A DNA stretch of 64,000 bases from Candidatus Levyibacteriota bacterium (GCA_038253825.1 JBBSGT010000002.1:685-64684), one strand, 5' to 3'; counted from the first letter of the stretch, positions 1 through 9,904 are shown. Numbers and translations are program-made. Notes: generated by a model from the sequence alone, not told the origin.

Positions 1-482
1 GTAATCATTCGTATTCTCATCCTTCTTTTTCTGGTTTTTGCTATGGACTTGAGCCATTACCTAAAAATGGTGAGAATGATGAAATAGCAAAAACCCAGTC
101 GTTACTTTTTAATTTGACGAAAAAACAAAATACCTTATTTAGATTTCCAGGAGGATGCTATTCGCAAAATGATATTACTCTCTTGCATAAGAAAGGAATT
201 ATCGGGATTCAGTGGGATGTGGTTGGTGATGATGGTTTTAATAATAATGTTGACATAATTAAAAATAATATCTTTAATAATGTTCAGAATGGTTCAATTA
301 TTGTTATGCATATGAATGGTGCTCCTAATGATCCAGTAACAGATGAAGTTTTGCCTAATATAATTTCAACTCTCAAGCAAAGAGGATATGAATTTGAGAC
401 AGTTTCTGAATTACTCGCTCCCCCGCCGAAGAAAGAAATTGTTTCACTTCGTACCCTTTATCCCTTAGGAAATCTTTTATAA
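1..482 (+). CDS. Polysaccharide deacetylase (NodB/CE4 family), 5'-truncated by window edge
   Basis: Frame is open from position 3 (NHSYSH metal-binding motif), then FRFPGG, WDVVGDD, GSIIVMH and GYEFETVSEL, all typical CE4 motifs. Confidence 0.85.
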   Translation, partial: NHSYSHPSFSGFCYGLEPLPKNGENDEIAKTQSLLFNLTKKQNTLFRFPGGCYSQNDITLLHKKGIIGIQWDVVGDDGFNNNVDIIKNNIFNNVQNGSIIVMHMNGAPNDPVTDEVLPNIISTLKQRGYEFETVSELLAPPPKKEIVSLRTLYPLGNLL

Positions 483-501
483 TTTGGAAAATACTGGCTA
501 A

Positions 502-559
502 TTGCCATTTTGCTCTGAACATGCTATGATACTTATAGGTCACCCCGCAGTGCGGGGTT
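502..559 (+). promoter_or_regulatory. Sigma70-like promoter and GC-rich 5' hairpin of typA
   Basis: TTGCCA(502)-17 nt-TATGAT(525) with extended TG, followed by the hairpin ACCCCGC-AGT-GCGGGGT (542-558). Confidence 0.5.
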
Positions 560-574
560 ATTTATTGAAAAATT

Positions 575-2392
575 ATGAACAATATCAGAAATGTCGGAAT
601 TATTGCACACGTCGATCATGGCAAAACCACGCTGGTGGATGCATTGTTGCGTCAATCTAAAACGAAACTCAACAAAGAAGTTGCTGAATCTGATCTGATC
701 ATGGATAGCAATGAATTGGAAAGAGAACGTGGCATTACTATTTTTTCCAAAAACGCATCAGTCCAATGGAACGAAACAAAAATTAATATTATCGATACTC
801 CAGGACATGCTGACTTTGGCGGTGAAGTTGAACGTGTTCTCACCATGGCCGATGGATGTTTGCTGCTGATCGATGCAAAAGAAGGTCCAATGCCACAAAC
901 ACGATTTGTTCTCAAAAAAGCATTGGAGAAGAAATTAAAGATTATTGTTGTCGTAAACAAAATTGACAAATCTGATGCTCGCATTCATCATGTCCTTGAT
1001 AAAACCCTTGATTTATTTTTAGAACTCGGAGCGGATGATGATACTGCGGACTTCCCTATTGTCTATGCATCAGCAAAATCAGGTCTTGCAGGACTTGAGC
1101 CAAATTTGGAATCCATGACTGATATATCACCAATTTTTGATATGATCCTTAAAGAAGTTCCCTCCTTTTCTGGAGATCCTGAAGCCCCCTTGCAATTATT
1201 GATGACAACACTCGGACGTGATGACCATAAAGGACGAATTGCCATCGGAAGAGTCTACAATGGAAAAGTTACTGCCGGACAAGAAGTTATGCATATCAAC
1301 CGTGATGGTGTCATGAAAAAGAATCGCTTGACATCACTCATGACTTTTGAAGGTTTAGGGAGAATGGACGCACAAGAAGTAAGTGCAGGTGATATTGTTG
1401 CTATTTCTGGAATTTCTGACATTACTATCGGTGAAACAATCGCTGATCCTGAAAACCCTGTTGCCCTCCCGCTACTGGCAATTGAAGAACCGACTGTTAA
1501 GATGGCATTTAGTGTCAACGACTCCCCTTTTGCAGGCCTTGAAGGCGAATTTAAAACATCCCGCCAAATTCGTGAACGATTGATGAAAGAGCTTGAAACT
1601 GATACGGCACTTCGTGTTGAAGATACGGATGATGGGAAATGGATGGTCAGCGGACGTGGTGAACTACATTTAGCTATTCTTATCGAACGCATGCGCCGTG
1701 AAGGATACGAATTTCAAGTTGCGCGACCACAAGTAATTTTGAAAAATGTCGATGGAAAGAAGTTAGCACCATTTGAACGGGTATTTCTTGAAGCGCCACA
1801 GGATTATTCAGGAATTGTAATGCAAAAAATGGGTATTCGTAAAGCTAACCTTGAAGATATGACAACAGATGCTAATGGTATTGCATATTTTGAATTTGTG
1901 ATGCCAACGAGTGCACTTTTTGGGTACCGAAGTGAATTTATTACTGACACCCGCGGATTAGGAATTATTAATACCAACTTTGATCGATATGATGTTGATA
2001 GTGGTGAAACTATTAAGCGAGAGCGCGGTTCTCTAACTGCAAGTGAAAACGGCCAATCTAATTTGTACGGTCTAACAAACATTCAAGAACGTGGCACACT
2101 CTTTATCGGTCCAGGTGTTCAAGTATACAAAGGCCAGGTGGTAGGTGAAAATTCACGCTCTGAAGATATGTCTGTCAACGTCACAAAGGCAAAAGCTCTC
2201 TCCAACATGCGTTCAAAGGGCGATGGTGGTATGGAACACTTTAATGTACCACGAGTTATGGATCTTGAAGAATCGTTGGAATTTGTGAACGATGATGAGT
2301 TGGTAGAAGTTACACCGAAGAATATTCGAATCAGAAAGAAGATCCTGGATGAAGCAGTTGCTCGGAGAATGAAGTCACAAGGATTACTCTAA
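575..2392 (+). CDS. typA: Translational GTPase TypA/BipA
   Basis: IAHVDHGKTT, ERERGITI, DTPGHADFGGEVER, NKID, GRGELHL and the C-terminal LVEVTPKNIRIRK; 605 aa. Confidence 0.97.
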   Translation: MNNIRNVGIIAHVDHGKTTLVDALLRQSKTKLNKEVAESDLIMDSNELERERGITIFSKNASVQWNETKINIIDTPGHADFGGEVERVLTMADGCLLLIDAKEGPMPQTRFVLKKALEKKLKIIVVVNKIDKSDARIHHVLDKTLDLFLELGADDDTADFPIVYASAKSGLAGLEPNLESMTDISPIFDMILKEVPSFSGDPEAPLQLLMTTLGRDDHKGRIAIGRVYNGKVTAGQEVMHINRDGVMKKNRLTSLMTFEGLGRMDAQEVSAGDIVAISGISDITIGETIADPENPVALPLLAIEEPTVKMAFSVNDSPFAGLEGEFKTSRQIRERLMKELETDTALRVEDTDDGKWMVSGRGELHLAILIERMRREGYEFQVARPQVILKNVDGKKLAPFERVFLEAPQDYSGIVMQKMGIRKANLEDMTTDANGIAYFEFVMPTSALFGYRSEFITDTRGLGIINTNFDRYDVDSGETIKRERGSLTASENGQSNLYGLTNIQERGTLFIGPGVQVYKGQVVGENSRSEDMSVNVTKAKALSNMRSKGDGGMEHFNVPRVMDLEESLEFVNDDELVEVTPKNIRIRKKILDEAVARRMKSQGLL

Positions 2393-2394
2393 CT

Positions 2395-3021
2395 TCAATG
2401 GTCCACGTATAAATCCCAGAGTAGTGTTCCTTCACATTCGTGTGGACGTGAGGGGCATTCGTGTCTGCCAAAGAGAATAAGGCGGGACGGCCAATCAATC
2501 CACATATCTTTTGGTACAATTTCTATCAGATCTTTTTCAATTTTTACTGGATCTTTTTGGGTTGTGAGACCAAGTTTGTTGGACATTCTGATCATATGGG
2601 TATCGATCACAATGCCTTCAGCTTTATGAAATGCTTGTCCGAGAACAACATTTGCGGTTTTTCTTGCAACACCTGGAAGGGCGTCTAGTTCTTCCATTGT
2701 ATTCGGGACTTTACCTCCGTATTTTTCAACAATAATTTGTGCTGCAGCTTTAATATTTTTGGCTTTATTGCCTGAGAAGTTAACTTTACTGATAAGTGCT
2801 TGGATATCCTCAACATTTGCCTGCGCATAATCTTTTGCTGTTTTATATTTTTTGAAAAGCGCCGGTGTTAATGTATTTACAAGTTTATCGGTTGTTTGTG
2901 CGGACATAATTGTGGCGACAAGAAGTTCGAGCGGAGTCGTAAAATCAAGTGCGATTTTCGGATGCGGATAGACTTTGACTAATCTTTTATGTATTTCGAG
3001 TACTTTTTCTTCTTTGATCAT
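2395..3021 (-). CDS. nth: Endonuclease III (HhH-GPD DNA glycosylase) with degenerate Fe-S motif
   Basis: ELLVATIMSAQTTD, HhH motif LPGVARKTANVVL, catalytic VIDTH. Confidence 0.93.
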   Translation of the reverse strand: MIKEEKVLEIHKRLVKVYPHPKIALDFTTPLELLVATIMSAQTTDKLVNTLTPALFKKYKTAKDYAQANVEDIQALISKVNFSGNKAKNIKAAAQIIVEKYGGKVPNTMEELDALPGVARKTANVVLGQAFHKAEGIVIDTHMIRMSNKLGLTTQKDPVKIEKDLIEIVPKDMWIDWPSRLILFGRHECPSRPHECEGTLLWDLYVDH

Positions 3022-3101
3022 AAAAGTAGTATACCATAATTCTTAATTCAAAAATTTTCCTACTTGCATTTAGGTCATCTACTTCTGTATAGTAAGTAAT
3101 T

Positions 3102-3587
3102 ATGACACAGATTGGTGATGAACAAGTAATCGAGGGCGAAGTGGCTGAGGATGCTGAATCTAGCGAAGAGCTTGATGTAGCAGTTTCTGAAGCAGGAACA
3201 GATCAAGCGTCTGGGCTGCTTAATCTCGAAGAACTGATAAAAAACCACATCGATAGTATCGACAAACTCAAACTCGAACTCAAAGATCAACGCGAAATGT
3301 ACGAGGATTCATTTAACAACAATCCTACATATCGTGAGCATGATGAAAAAGTAAAGGAAGTCAGTAAAGCAAAAAACGGCGTCCGGCAGGAAATTTCCAA
3401 ACAACCATCTGTCGCGATGCTGGCACAAAAAGTAAAAGATATTAGGTTTGATATCAGTGAACAAGGCAAAACACTTTCTGATCTGCTCCAAGATTATCGT
3501 GAGCAGACAGGTGCTACATCGATCGAAACTCGTGACGGAAAAGTTTTGGAAATTGTTAGTACTGCCCGGCTTGTCAAAAGATCATAA
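3102..3587 (+). CDS. Hypothetical acidic coiled-coil protein
   Basis: 161-aa ORF with helical composition; a -10-like TATAGT lies 8 nt before the ATG. Confidence 0.75.
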   Translation: MTQIGDEQVIEGEVAEDAESSEELDVAVSEAGTDQASGLLNLEELIKNHIDSIDKLKLELKDQREMYEDSFNNNPTYREHDEKVKEVSKAKNGVRQEISKQPSVAMLAQKVKDIRFDISEQGKTLSDLLQDYREQTGATSIETRDGKVLEIVSTARLVKRS

Positions 3588-3645
3588 ATCCTCAAGTGAT
3601 AAATTGTAAATTGGAAATTTCTCAGCTATACTTACAACTATTCTC

Positions 3646-5163
3646 ATGAAAAAGATGAAGCGATTATTTAATTCGTTTCTGCCTATTATTCCCTACGCAA
3701 TCGTTTTTGTATTCTCTTTGTATGTTCCATCTGATCCTGATTTGGGATGGCATTTGAAATATGGAGAGTATTTTTGGCAGCATGGACAAGTGCTGCGGGA
3801 TAATACCTTTTCAACGATGATGCCAAATTATCATTGGGGAAATACTTCTTGGTTTACTGATGTTATTTCATATACTGCTTATCATCTGGGCGGTTTTGCT
3901 GGGGTAATTCTTCTCGGAGCTGCAGTAGTTACCGCGACATTTTATTTTTTTGCAAAAGCTTCCCAACTAAATATTTGGGAAGAAACATTTATTTTCCCTG
4001 TACTCCTTTATCTGGAAGAACCGATTAATGCTGTTTCTTTCCGGGGACAACAGCTTACTTTACTTTTGGTTGGGGTAATGTTCTACCTTATTTCTTTCTA
4101 TAAAGAAAAACCCAAAACGCTATGGTTTGCAGTACCTCTCTTTTTTTTGTGGGCCAATGTTCATGGTGAATTTGTCCTAGGATTTGTCGTTTTTGGTATG
4201 TGGTTGGTTATCTATTTAGCGCAAAAATTACTCCATAACACATTACAGTTCCAGGGAGATAAATCGAGATGGCAATCATTTCTAAGTAGGCTAAAAGTAA
4301 ATTATCATGTAACCAGAAAGGAAATTTTAACGCTCACAGCTATAGTGTTAGCAAGTATTCTGGTAACTTTTATAAATCCTTTTGGTTATGTACTTCATCA
4401 TGATGCCATTTCACATATTGGAAGTCCGCTTTTGAAGGATATCGCAGAGTATTTGCCATTTGATATGTACTCTACGGTTTGGTGGGCTGAGATTTTCACA
4501 GGCATGTTTGCTGCGGTCGGAATGGCTGTCCTTTATTTTAATGGCAAACTTAGAGATAAATTGCCACTTTTGGGGGGCGGATTATTGTTATTTATTCTTT
4601 CACTGAGTGTCAGACGTTATGCATGGCCGGCATATTATTTATTGATGCCACTTTTCCCCTTAGTCGCCGTCTATTTCAAACCGGACAGCAAAAAGTTCAC
4701 TAACCTGGCAACAATCATATTAGCAATAGGACTGGTGGTTGTTGCTGTTTGGTGGCGGTGGCCGATAAAGAGAGCTGCAACTTTTACTTGGACCGATTAT
4801 TGCAACAATGAAGTTTTGAAATGCAGCCCGAAGTCAGCCGAATTCTTGATCGATCACCATCTCACTCATGATCTCCTTACTCTGTATGGTTGGGGTGGAT
4901 GGTTAATCTGGAACTATCCGCAAATTAAACCTTCCATTGATGGCCGTATGCATCTTTGGTCTGAGCATGGATATAGCGCTTTTACTGATTATTATTCATT
5001 GGAACAGGATATGAAAGATGTAGATAAATCAAAATACAATGTGGTTTATATGTCCACAGACAAACCTGTCTATAATCGTTTGGTAACATTAACAAAGCAA
5101 AATAAATGGGCTGAGGTTTATCAGGATAATGATGCAGCAATCTTTGTCAGAGAAGATCGGTAG
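3646..5163 (+). CDS. Multi-pass membrane protein, probable GT-C-fold glycosyltransferase
   Basis: DPDLGWHLKYG in the first external loop, many TM segments, WANVHG, and a soluble C-terminal domain (YGWGGWL, IDGR). Confidence 0.65.
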   Translation: MKKMKRLFNSFLPIIPYAIVFVFSLYVPSDPDLGWHLKYGEYFWQHGQVLRDNTFSTMMPNYHWGNTSWFTDVISYTAYHLGGFAGVILLGAAVVTATFYFFAKASQLNIWEETFIFPVLLYLEEPINAVSFRGQQLTLLLVGVMFYLISFYKEKPKTLWFAVPLFFLWANVHGEFVLGFVVFGMWLVIYLAQKLLHNTLQFQGDKSRWQSFLSRLKVNYHVTRKEILTLTAIVLASILVTFINPFGYVLHHDAISHIGSPLLKDIAEYLPFDMYSTVWWAEIFTGMFAAVGMAVLYFNGKLRDKLPLLGGGLLLFILSLSVRRYAWPAYYLLMPLFPLVAVYFKPDSKKFTNLATIILAIGLVVVAVWWRWPIKRAATFTWTDYCNNEVLKCSPKSAEFLIDHHLTHDLLTLYGWGGWLIWNYPQIKPSIDGRMHLWSEHGYSAFTDYYSLEQDMKDVDKSKYNVVYMSTDKPVYNRLVTLTKQNKWAEVYQDNDAAIFVREDR

Positions 5164-5236
5164 TTTTTCTCTTTACTTGTACCGAGCTTTATGCTATTTT
5201 AAGGGAATGTTTATAAAATATAATTCAGTTTGTTGT

Positions 5237-5306
5237 AACGCAACTCCTTCGTAGCGAGGTTGCGTTTTTGTGTTTTATGTAACCCCGCAAAGTCGGGGTT
5301 TTTTTT
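5237..5306 (+). promoter_or_regulatory. Two tandem hairpins with U-tracts in the leader of the PIG-L gene
   Basis: AACGCAAC..GTTGCGTT+TTT (5237-5269) and AACCCCG-CAAAGT-CGGGGTT+T6 (5281-5306). Confidence 0.55.
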
Positions 5307-5316
5307 ATGGAAAAAT

Positions 5317-6054
5317 ATGAAAGAATTTGCAAGAAGACAAAAAGTTATTAGAGAAGATAGACGCAATTGGGATCAAGCTGTCTTAATTGGTGGACATACC
5401 GATGATGATGCCATGTTTCGTTTAACTAATACACTTGCTAGACAAAAAATTGGTGTAACAATCTTAACTTTAACAAATAGTGATGCTCGCAATTTGCCAA
5501 ATTATGAACCTGAACAATTAGCCAAAGTACGCTGGGAAGAGGCAAGTGCTTCTGGAGTAGTTGCTGGGATAACGGAAGTACGACGTATTGAAATTCCTGA
5601 TGGTAGACTTTATCAGTTTCCAAGACAAGCAAGAGATTTCGTAGGCAATGCAATTGATGAGATAAGACCCATTGCAATCGTTACGCTTCATCCTAGGGAT
5701 CCTCATACAGATCATAGAGCAACATATAGAGTTGGAGCCGAAATAGCAGGTAAAGGATTAGCGCATTATACAACTGATACAATCACGGGTTTGGATCTTA
5801 ATGGTAAACCTTTACAACCTGATTTATATATTCCATTAACCGAAGAAATAGAAGCGATAGAAGAAAAATCCTATATGGCAAATAGCAGCCAAGTTGAAGA
5901 TCTCCCTCCTGAAGAAATAGTGGACGTAATCAATGTTATATCTATGACTGCAAGAAGAGGAAAAGATAAAGGCATACCTTATGCCGCAGTTCTCTTTAGA
6001 GCAAATAATACTCCTCATGCACCATTAGAATCAATCCTCCCGTTAGCAAGTTAA
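5317..6054 (+). CDS. PIG-L/LmbE-family deacetylase
   Basis: GGHTDDD (HPDDE-like), VRWEEA, IPDGRL, HPRDPHTDH. The ATG at 5317 is preferred over the TTG at 5260, which lies inside a hairpin. Confidence 0.8.
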   Translation: MKEFARRQKVIREDRRNWDQAVLIGGHTDDDAMFRLTNTLARQKIGVTILTLTNSDARNLPNYEPEQLAKVRWEEASASGVVAGITEVRRIEIPDGRLYQFPRQARDFVGNAIDEIRPIAIVTLHPRDPHTDHRATYRVGAEIAGKGLAHYTTDTITGLDLNGKPLQPDLYIPLTEEIEAIEEKSYMANSSQVEDLPPEEIVDVINVISMTARRGKDKGIPYAAVLFRANNTPHAPLESILPLAS

Positions 6055-6193
6055 AAGAACTCTGGATGGATAAAGCCAGTGAGGGCTGAATTTGTTGGTT
6101 TTAAAAACAATGTCATTTGCTATCCCAAGTTTGTATCCTTTGTTAATCAGCTCCATAGTTTTGAGGGGACAATCATTCGAGTTGAACTTCCTA

Positions 6194-6862
6194 TTATTTT
6201 GAAGAATTCTTGAGTGCGTCATCAATTTTCGCTTTGAAATCATTGTAGGATAACCCGCCTTCTTGCATGACACCATTAATGAAAAAGGTTGGTGTTGCCT
6301 GAACATTGAGTGCATTTCCATCATCAATATCTTGTTGAATTTTCGCTGCGTATTTACTGCTCGCTACATCACTTTTAAATTTATCTGTGTCAAGTTTGAG
6401 TTCTTTAGCGTATTGCATATAGTAATCCATGGCGTTATTTGTCTCTCCCCACTTACCTTGATTGGAATAAAGTAAGTTATACATCTCAAAGAACTTTCCT
6501 TGTGTTCCGGCTGCTTCAGCTGCTTCAGCTGCGCCTTTTGCATTTGGATGCATAGGAAGTGGGAAGTTGCGGAACACAAAAGTAAGTTGGCCTTTGTAAG
6601 TAGCGCGAAGTTGTTCTATAGTTGGATACGCAGTTCCACATGCTGGACATTGGAAGTCACCAAATTCTACTAATGTTACGGCATTTTTCGCAGTGCCTCT
6701 TATAATATGACTATCTTTACGAAAAAGCGCTTGTGTGTTCTTGACCGGTTGAGTATTTGATGCTGAAGAAGTAGATTTGCCACCAAAAATAAGTGCTGCA
6801 CCGACAACTAATACTAACGTAACTACACTAATTCCGATAAGTACTTTTGTTTCACTTGACAT
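6194..6862 (-). CDS. dsbA: DsbA-family thiol-disulfide oxidoreductase
   Basis: N-terminal TM, EFGDFQCPAC, FRNFPL, cis-Pro loop ATPTFFING. Confidence 0.9.
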   Translation of the reverse strand: MSSETKVLIGISVVTLVLVVGAALIFGGKSTSSASNTQPVKNTQALFRKDSHIIRGTAKNAVTLVEFGDFQCPACGTAYPTIEQLRATYKGQLTFVFRNFPLPMHPNAKGAAEAAEAAGTQGKFFEMYNLLYSNQGKWGETNNAMDYYMQYAKELKLDTDKFKSDVASSKYAAKIQQDIDDGNALNVQATPTFFINGVMQEGGLSYNDFKAKIDDALKNSSK

Positions 6863-6863
6863 A

Positions 6864-7295
6864 TTATTTATCTTTTTTTATCTTCTTCGCATATAATAAC
6901 ATAGTCGCTGTAATAAGTGCAAAAGCAATCATGGATCCGAAAGGAATAGTGATAAAACCAAAAAACTCAATTTGCTTGGATGTGCAGGAAATGCCTTGGA
7001 CACATGGCGCAATACTTTCGGGCAAAATATGAAAATATAAAAGATTATGATAAATCGAGATCAATAACCCCAAAATACTTAAAGGCAAGATATAGGTATG
7101 TAAATCTTTTTGCTTTCGAAGAATACTTACCGCACTAATGAAAACCAATGGGTACATACATATGCGTTGATACCAACAGAGAACGCATGGAGTTAGTTTG
7201 AAAATTTCACTAAATGAAAGACTTGCCAACGTTGAAATCAGCGCAAGCATGAAAGCTACATACGGTAAATATTTAACGTAATTTTTCATAAACAT
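6864..7295 (-). CDS. dsbB: Disulfide bond formation protein B (DsbB/BdbC)
   Basis: PCVLCWYQRICMYP, a second Cys pair (PCVQGISC), four TM segments; adjacent to dsbA. Confidence 0.9.
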   Translation of the reverse strand: MFMKNYVKYLPYVAFMLALISTLASLSFSEIFKLTPCVLCWYQRICMYPLVFISAVSILRKQKDLHTYILPLSILGLLISIYHNLLYFHILPESIAPCVQGISCTSKQIEFFGFITIPFGSMIAFALITATMLLYAKKIKKDK

Positions 7296-7310
7296 GAGTA
7301 TTATAACAGA

Positions 7311-7538
7311 TTATTTTTTCCTTTTTTGCATCATCTGCATTAAGCGAAAGACATTAAAGATCCCACCAAGAAATCCGATGATAACTCCCCCTATTGTAAA
7401 AAGTCTTCCTGTGTGGAAAAATGAATCTAAAAATATACCGAGAAAAAGTAAAATAATTACTGGCGTTGCAAGGAGCAAAGCAGTACTCATCCCAATCAGA
7501 ATGAAAAAGGTTGTTTTTGATTTAGGTTGCTCCTTCAT
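7311..7538 (-). CDS. AtpZ/AtpI-like small two-TM protein
   Basis: Two TM helices with the GIFLDSFFHT loop. Confidence 0.6.
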   Translation of the reverse strand: MKEQPKSKTTFFILIGMSTALLLATPVIILLFLGIFLDSFFHTGRLFTIGGVIIGFLGGIFNVFRLMQMMQKRKK

Positions 7539-7598
7539 ACTTTAAATATTATAAAATATCTTGTCTAATAAACAAGATTGTAAACTGTCATTCTGGCG

Positions 7599-8894
7599 TT
7601 AGTAAAGTACGCGAAAACGTATGGTGTGTGGTATTTGCTTTAGTTTTTCTAATACAGTATTGTCATATTCTTTATCAACATCCGTAATGACATATCCTAT
7701 TGCAGAAGTGGTCCTCAGATATTGACTGATGATATTTATTTTATGTTTTGCCATAACTGAATTAATCTGTGCCAAAATCCCCGGTTCATTCTTATGAATA
7801 TGCAAGAGTCGATGTGTCTTTTGATGTTTGGGGAGATTAATACTTGGGAGGGTGAGATTTTTATACGTATCGCCTGTATTAATAAAATTAATTATTCTTT
7901 TGGTTACGCTACTATCTTGAAATGCAGCAATCCCCTTCTCACGAAAGAATAACGGCAAGCTTTCCGAAGGTGACATCTTTGTAATACCAACTACTAGTAA
8001 TCGTTGTGCATTCGTCAATACTTCTTCTGATAACTGGTCCAAACTTTCAACATACAGAATCGAGGCTTGTTTCATTTCCTGAATATGAGACGCATCTGAG
8101 ATTGTTTCTTTGAGCTCTTTTATTTGATACTGTTCTTTCCTTAACATTTTTTTTGTTTCCTCAGAAAGCTGCGGCAAAGCAAAAACTCTAATTCTACTTT
8201 TGGGATATGAAAGCGAGCGAGGTAAATTGTTTACATATAAGAATTCATCAAAGGTTGATGCGATTTCATCAGCTTTTTTTACAATAGGTTCGCGAGAGAT
8301 ATTTTCAGTAAATGCTATAAATTTTTTGGCAAGACCGAGCTTCTTTAACTCATAATCAGTGTAGCCATCCCCTATCATGTATAAATCCCCTTTGAGTTTT
8401 AACGATTTGACAACATTCACTTTCCCTTTATCTTGGCTCATAAGATTTTTCGTATCAATTCCCGTAATATCGTCCTTTTGGTCATAGACGAATGTATTGG
8501 CGAAAATATGATCTGATCGAATACCAAACTGTTTTATTACCGGATAAATAAATTCCTTGAAGCCACCTGAAATAATATAAATATGATCTTTATGTTGTAA
8601 AAAGAAGTTTTTATTGTGCAAGATAGAAAGTGAAATTTTTTGTTTGAGCAGATTACCTACCTCTCTCACTTGGGTTTTACTTCCTGAAAGTAAAGCAATA
8701 CGCTTTTGTAAACTTTCTCCAAATGAGATCTTCCCTTCCATCGCTTGGTTGGTAAGCGATGTTATTTTTTCGAGAAGTTCATTTTTATTTTTCTTATCTT
8801 GCAACACAATTTCAGCAAAGATTTCAAGTCCCTCGCCGGTTATGAACGTACTATCAAAATCGATAAGAAAATATGTTTGTTTTGTTTTTTTCAT
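7599..8894 (-). CDS. HAD-IB phosphoserine phosphatase-like domain fused to a truncated SerA (substrate-binding + ACT domain)
   Basis: DFDST, SGG and GDGYTD HAD motifs; SYPKSRIRV resembles the SerA N-terminus; HIHKNEPGILAQIN is the SerA ACT domain. ATG at 8894 follows TATAAT. Confidence 0.8.
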   Translation of the reverse strand: MKKTKQTYFLIDFDSTFITGEGLEIFAEIVLQDKKNKNELLEKITSLTNQAMEGKISFGESLQKRIALLSGSKTQVREVGNLLKQKISLSILHNKNFFLQHKDHIYIISGGFKEFIYPVIKQFGIRSDHIFANTFVYDQKDDITGIDTKNLMSQDKGKVNVVKSLKLKGDLYMIGDGYTDYELKKLGLAKKFIAFTENISREPIVKKADEIASTFDEFLYVNNLPRSLSYPKSRIRVFALPQLSEETKKMLRKEQYQIKELKETISDASHIQEMKQASILYVESLDQLSEEVLTNAQRLLVVGITKMSPSESLPLFFREKGIAAFQDSSVTKRIINFINTGDTYKNLTLPSINLPKHQKTHRLLHIHKNEPGILAQINSVMAKHKINIISQYLRTTSAIGYVITDVDKEYDNTVLEKLKQIPHTIRFRVLY

Positions 8895-9009
8895 CAGAAG
8901 AACATTATAAACTAGCTTCCATAGGATATTCAATTGCAAATTGTCTATTGACACAGTAAAAATGCTTTGTTAATATCCAAACATTCCTGCTCGCTCTTTT
9001 AATTTGAAT

Positions 9010-9714
9010 ATGTCACAACTTTCATCAAATTCAACATTTGCGATGTCAGACTTTTCTCAAACAGGATCTTTCAGTTCCGGCTCCAGACTCGGTTCATCTT
9101 CTTCAGTGGGTGGCATGTCTCCAAAAGGCTTTAAGCGCTATTTCAAAAAATCACCGTTCATTCCATTTATAATTATTATGATTGTCGTTTTTGGTATAGC
9201 TATCTTTGCTATCTCTAATGTTATCAGTCGATCAACAAATAATGCTATCCCAAGTTTGGCAAGCACCAATAAACAAGTAAATGTTTCAAAACCGGTTGCG
9301 CAAGAGACTTTGAACAGGTCTTTTGATTTTCCTTTAAAAGATGCCAGCGGAAAAGTTGTAAGTAAGTTGCATTATGTTATTCAAAGTGCAGAGCTGGACA
9401 ATCAAATCATCATTAAAGGACAACAAGCAACAGCAGTACAAGGACGAACATTCTTGGTTCTTAATTTACAAATTACCAATAGTTATGATAAGTCTGTGCA
9501 ATTAAATACACGTGACTATGTTCGTCTGATTGCAAGTAGTTCAACGGAAAAATTAGCAGCTGATATTCACAACGATCCAGTGGAAGTCCAAGCAATCTCT
9601 ACTAAATATACTCGCCTTGGCTTCCCTATCTCTACAGCTGATGCAAGCAATTTAACCTTACAGGTTGGCGAAATTCAAGGCGCGAAACAATCTATAAAAC
9701 TCGACTTGAAATAA
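9010..9714 (+). CDS. Single-TM membrane protein with extracellular beta-sandwich (DUF4352-like)
   Basis: Ser-rich N-terminus, one TM, then GRTFLVLNLQITN...LGF. Confidence 0.6.
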   Translation: MSQLSSNSTFAMSDFSQTGSFSSGSRLGSSSSVGGMSPKGFKRYFKKSPFIPFIIIMIVVFGIAIFAISNVISRSTNNAIPSLASTNKQVNVSKPVAQETLNRSFDFPLKDASGKVVSKLHYVIQSAELDNQIIIKGQQATAVQGRTFLVLNLQITNSYDKSVQLNTRDYVRLIASSSTEKLAADIHNDPVEVQAISTKYTRLGFPISTADASNLTLQVGEIQGAKQSIKLDLK

Positions 9715-9718
9715 GTTT

Positions 9719-9904
9719 ATGAATGATTATTCTACCAAAGAAGCAAGTACAGAGCTACTTGCAGAAATTGCTGAAGCACTAAAAAACATCCGTGGCTGGG
9801 GCAGTGTAGAGATATTTGTACAAGATAATAAAGTAGTACAAATAGTTGAACGAAACATCAAGAAAACCAATCAAATACAAAGTGTCATGAAAACTAGGTC
9901 TTGA
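9719..9904 (+). CDS. DUF2292/YezD-like small protein
   Basis: 61 aa; IAEALKNIRGWGSVEIFVQDNKVVQI fits the family pattern GSVEIxVxDxxVVQI. Confidence 0.75.
   Translation: MNDYSTKEASTELLAEIAEALKNIRGWGSVEIFVQDNKVVQIVERNIKKTNQIQSVMKTRS

Noticed and set aside
652-2082. Antisense and alternate-frame ORFs inside typA (and similar ones in copA, the GTs and the repeat genes)
   Set aside because: Shadow ORFs of well-supported genes with no recognisable motifs.
7311-7538. ATP synthase operon
   Set aside because: Only an isolated AtpZ/AtpI-like gene; no other atp genes are in the window.
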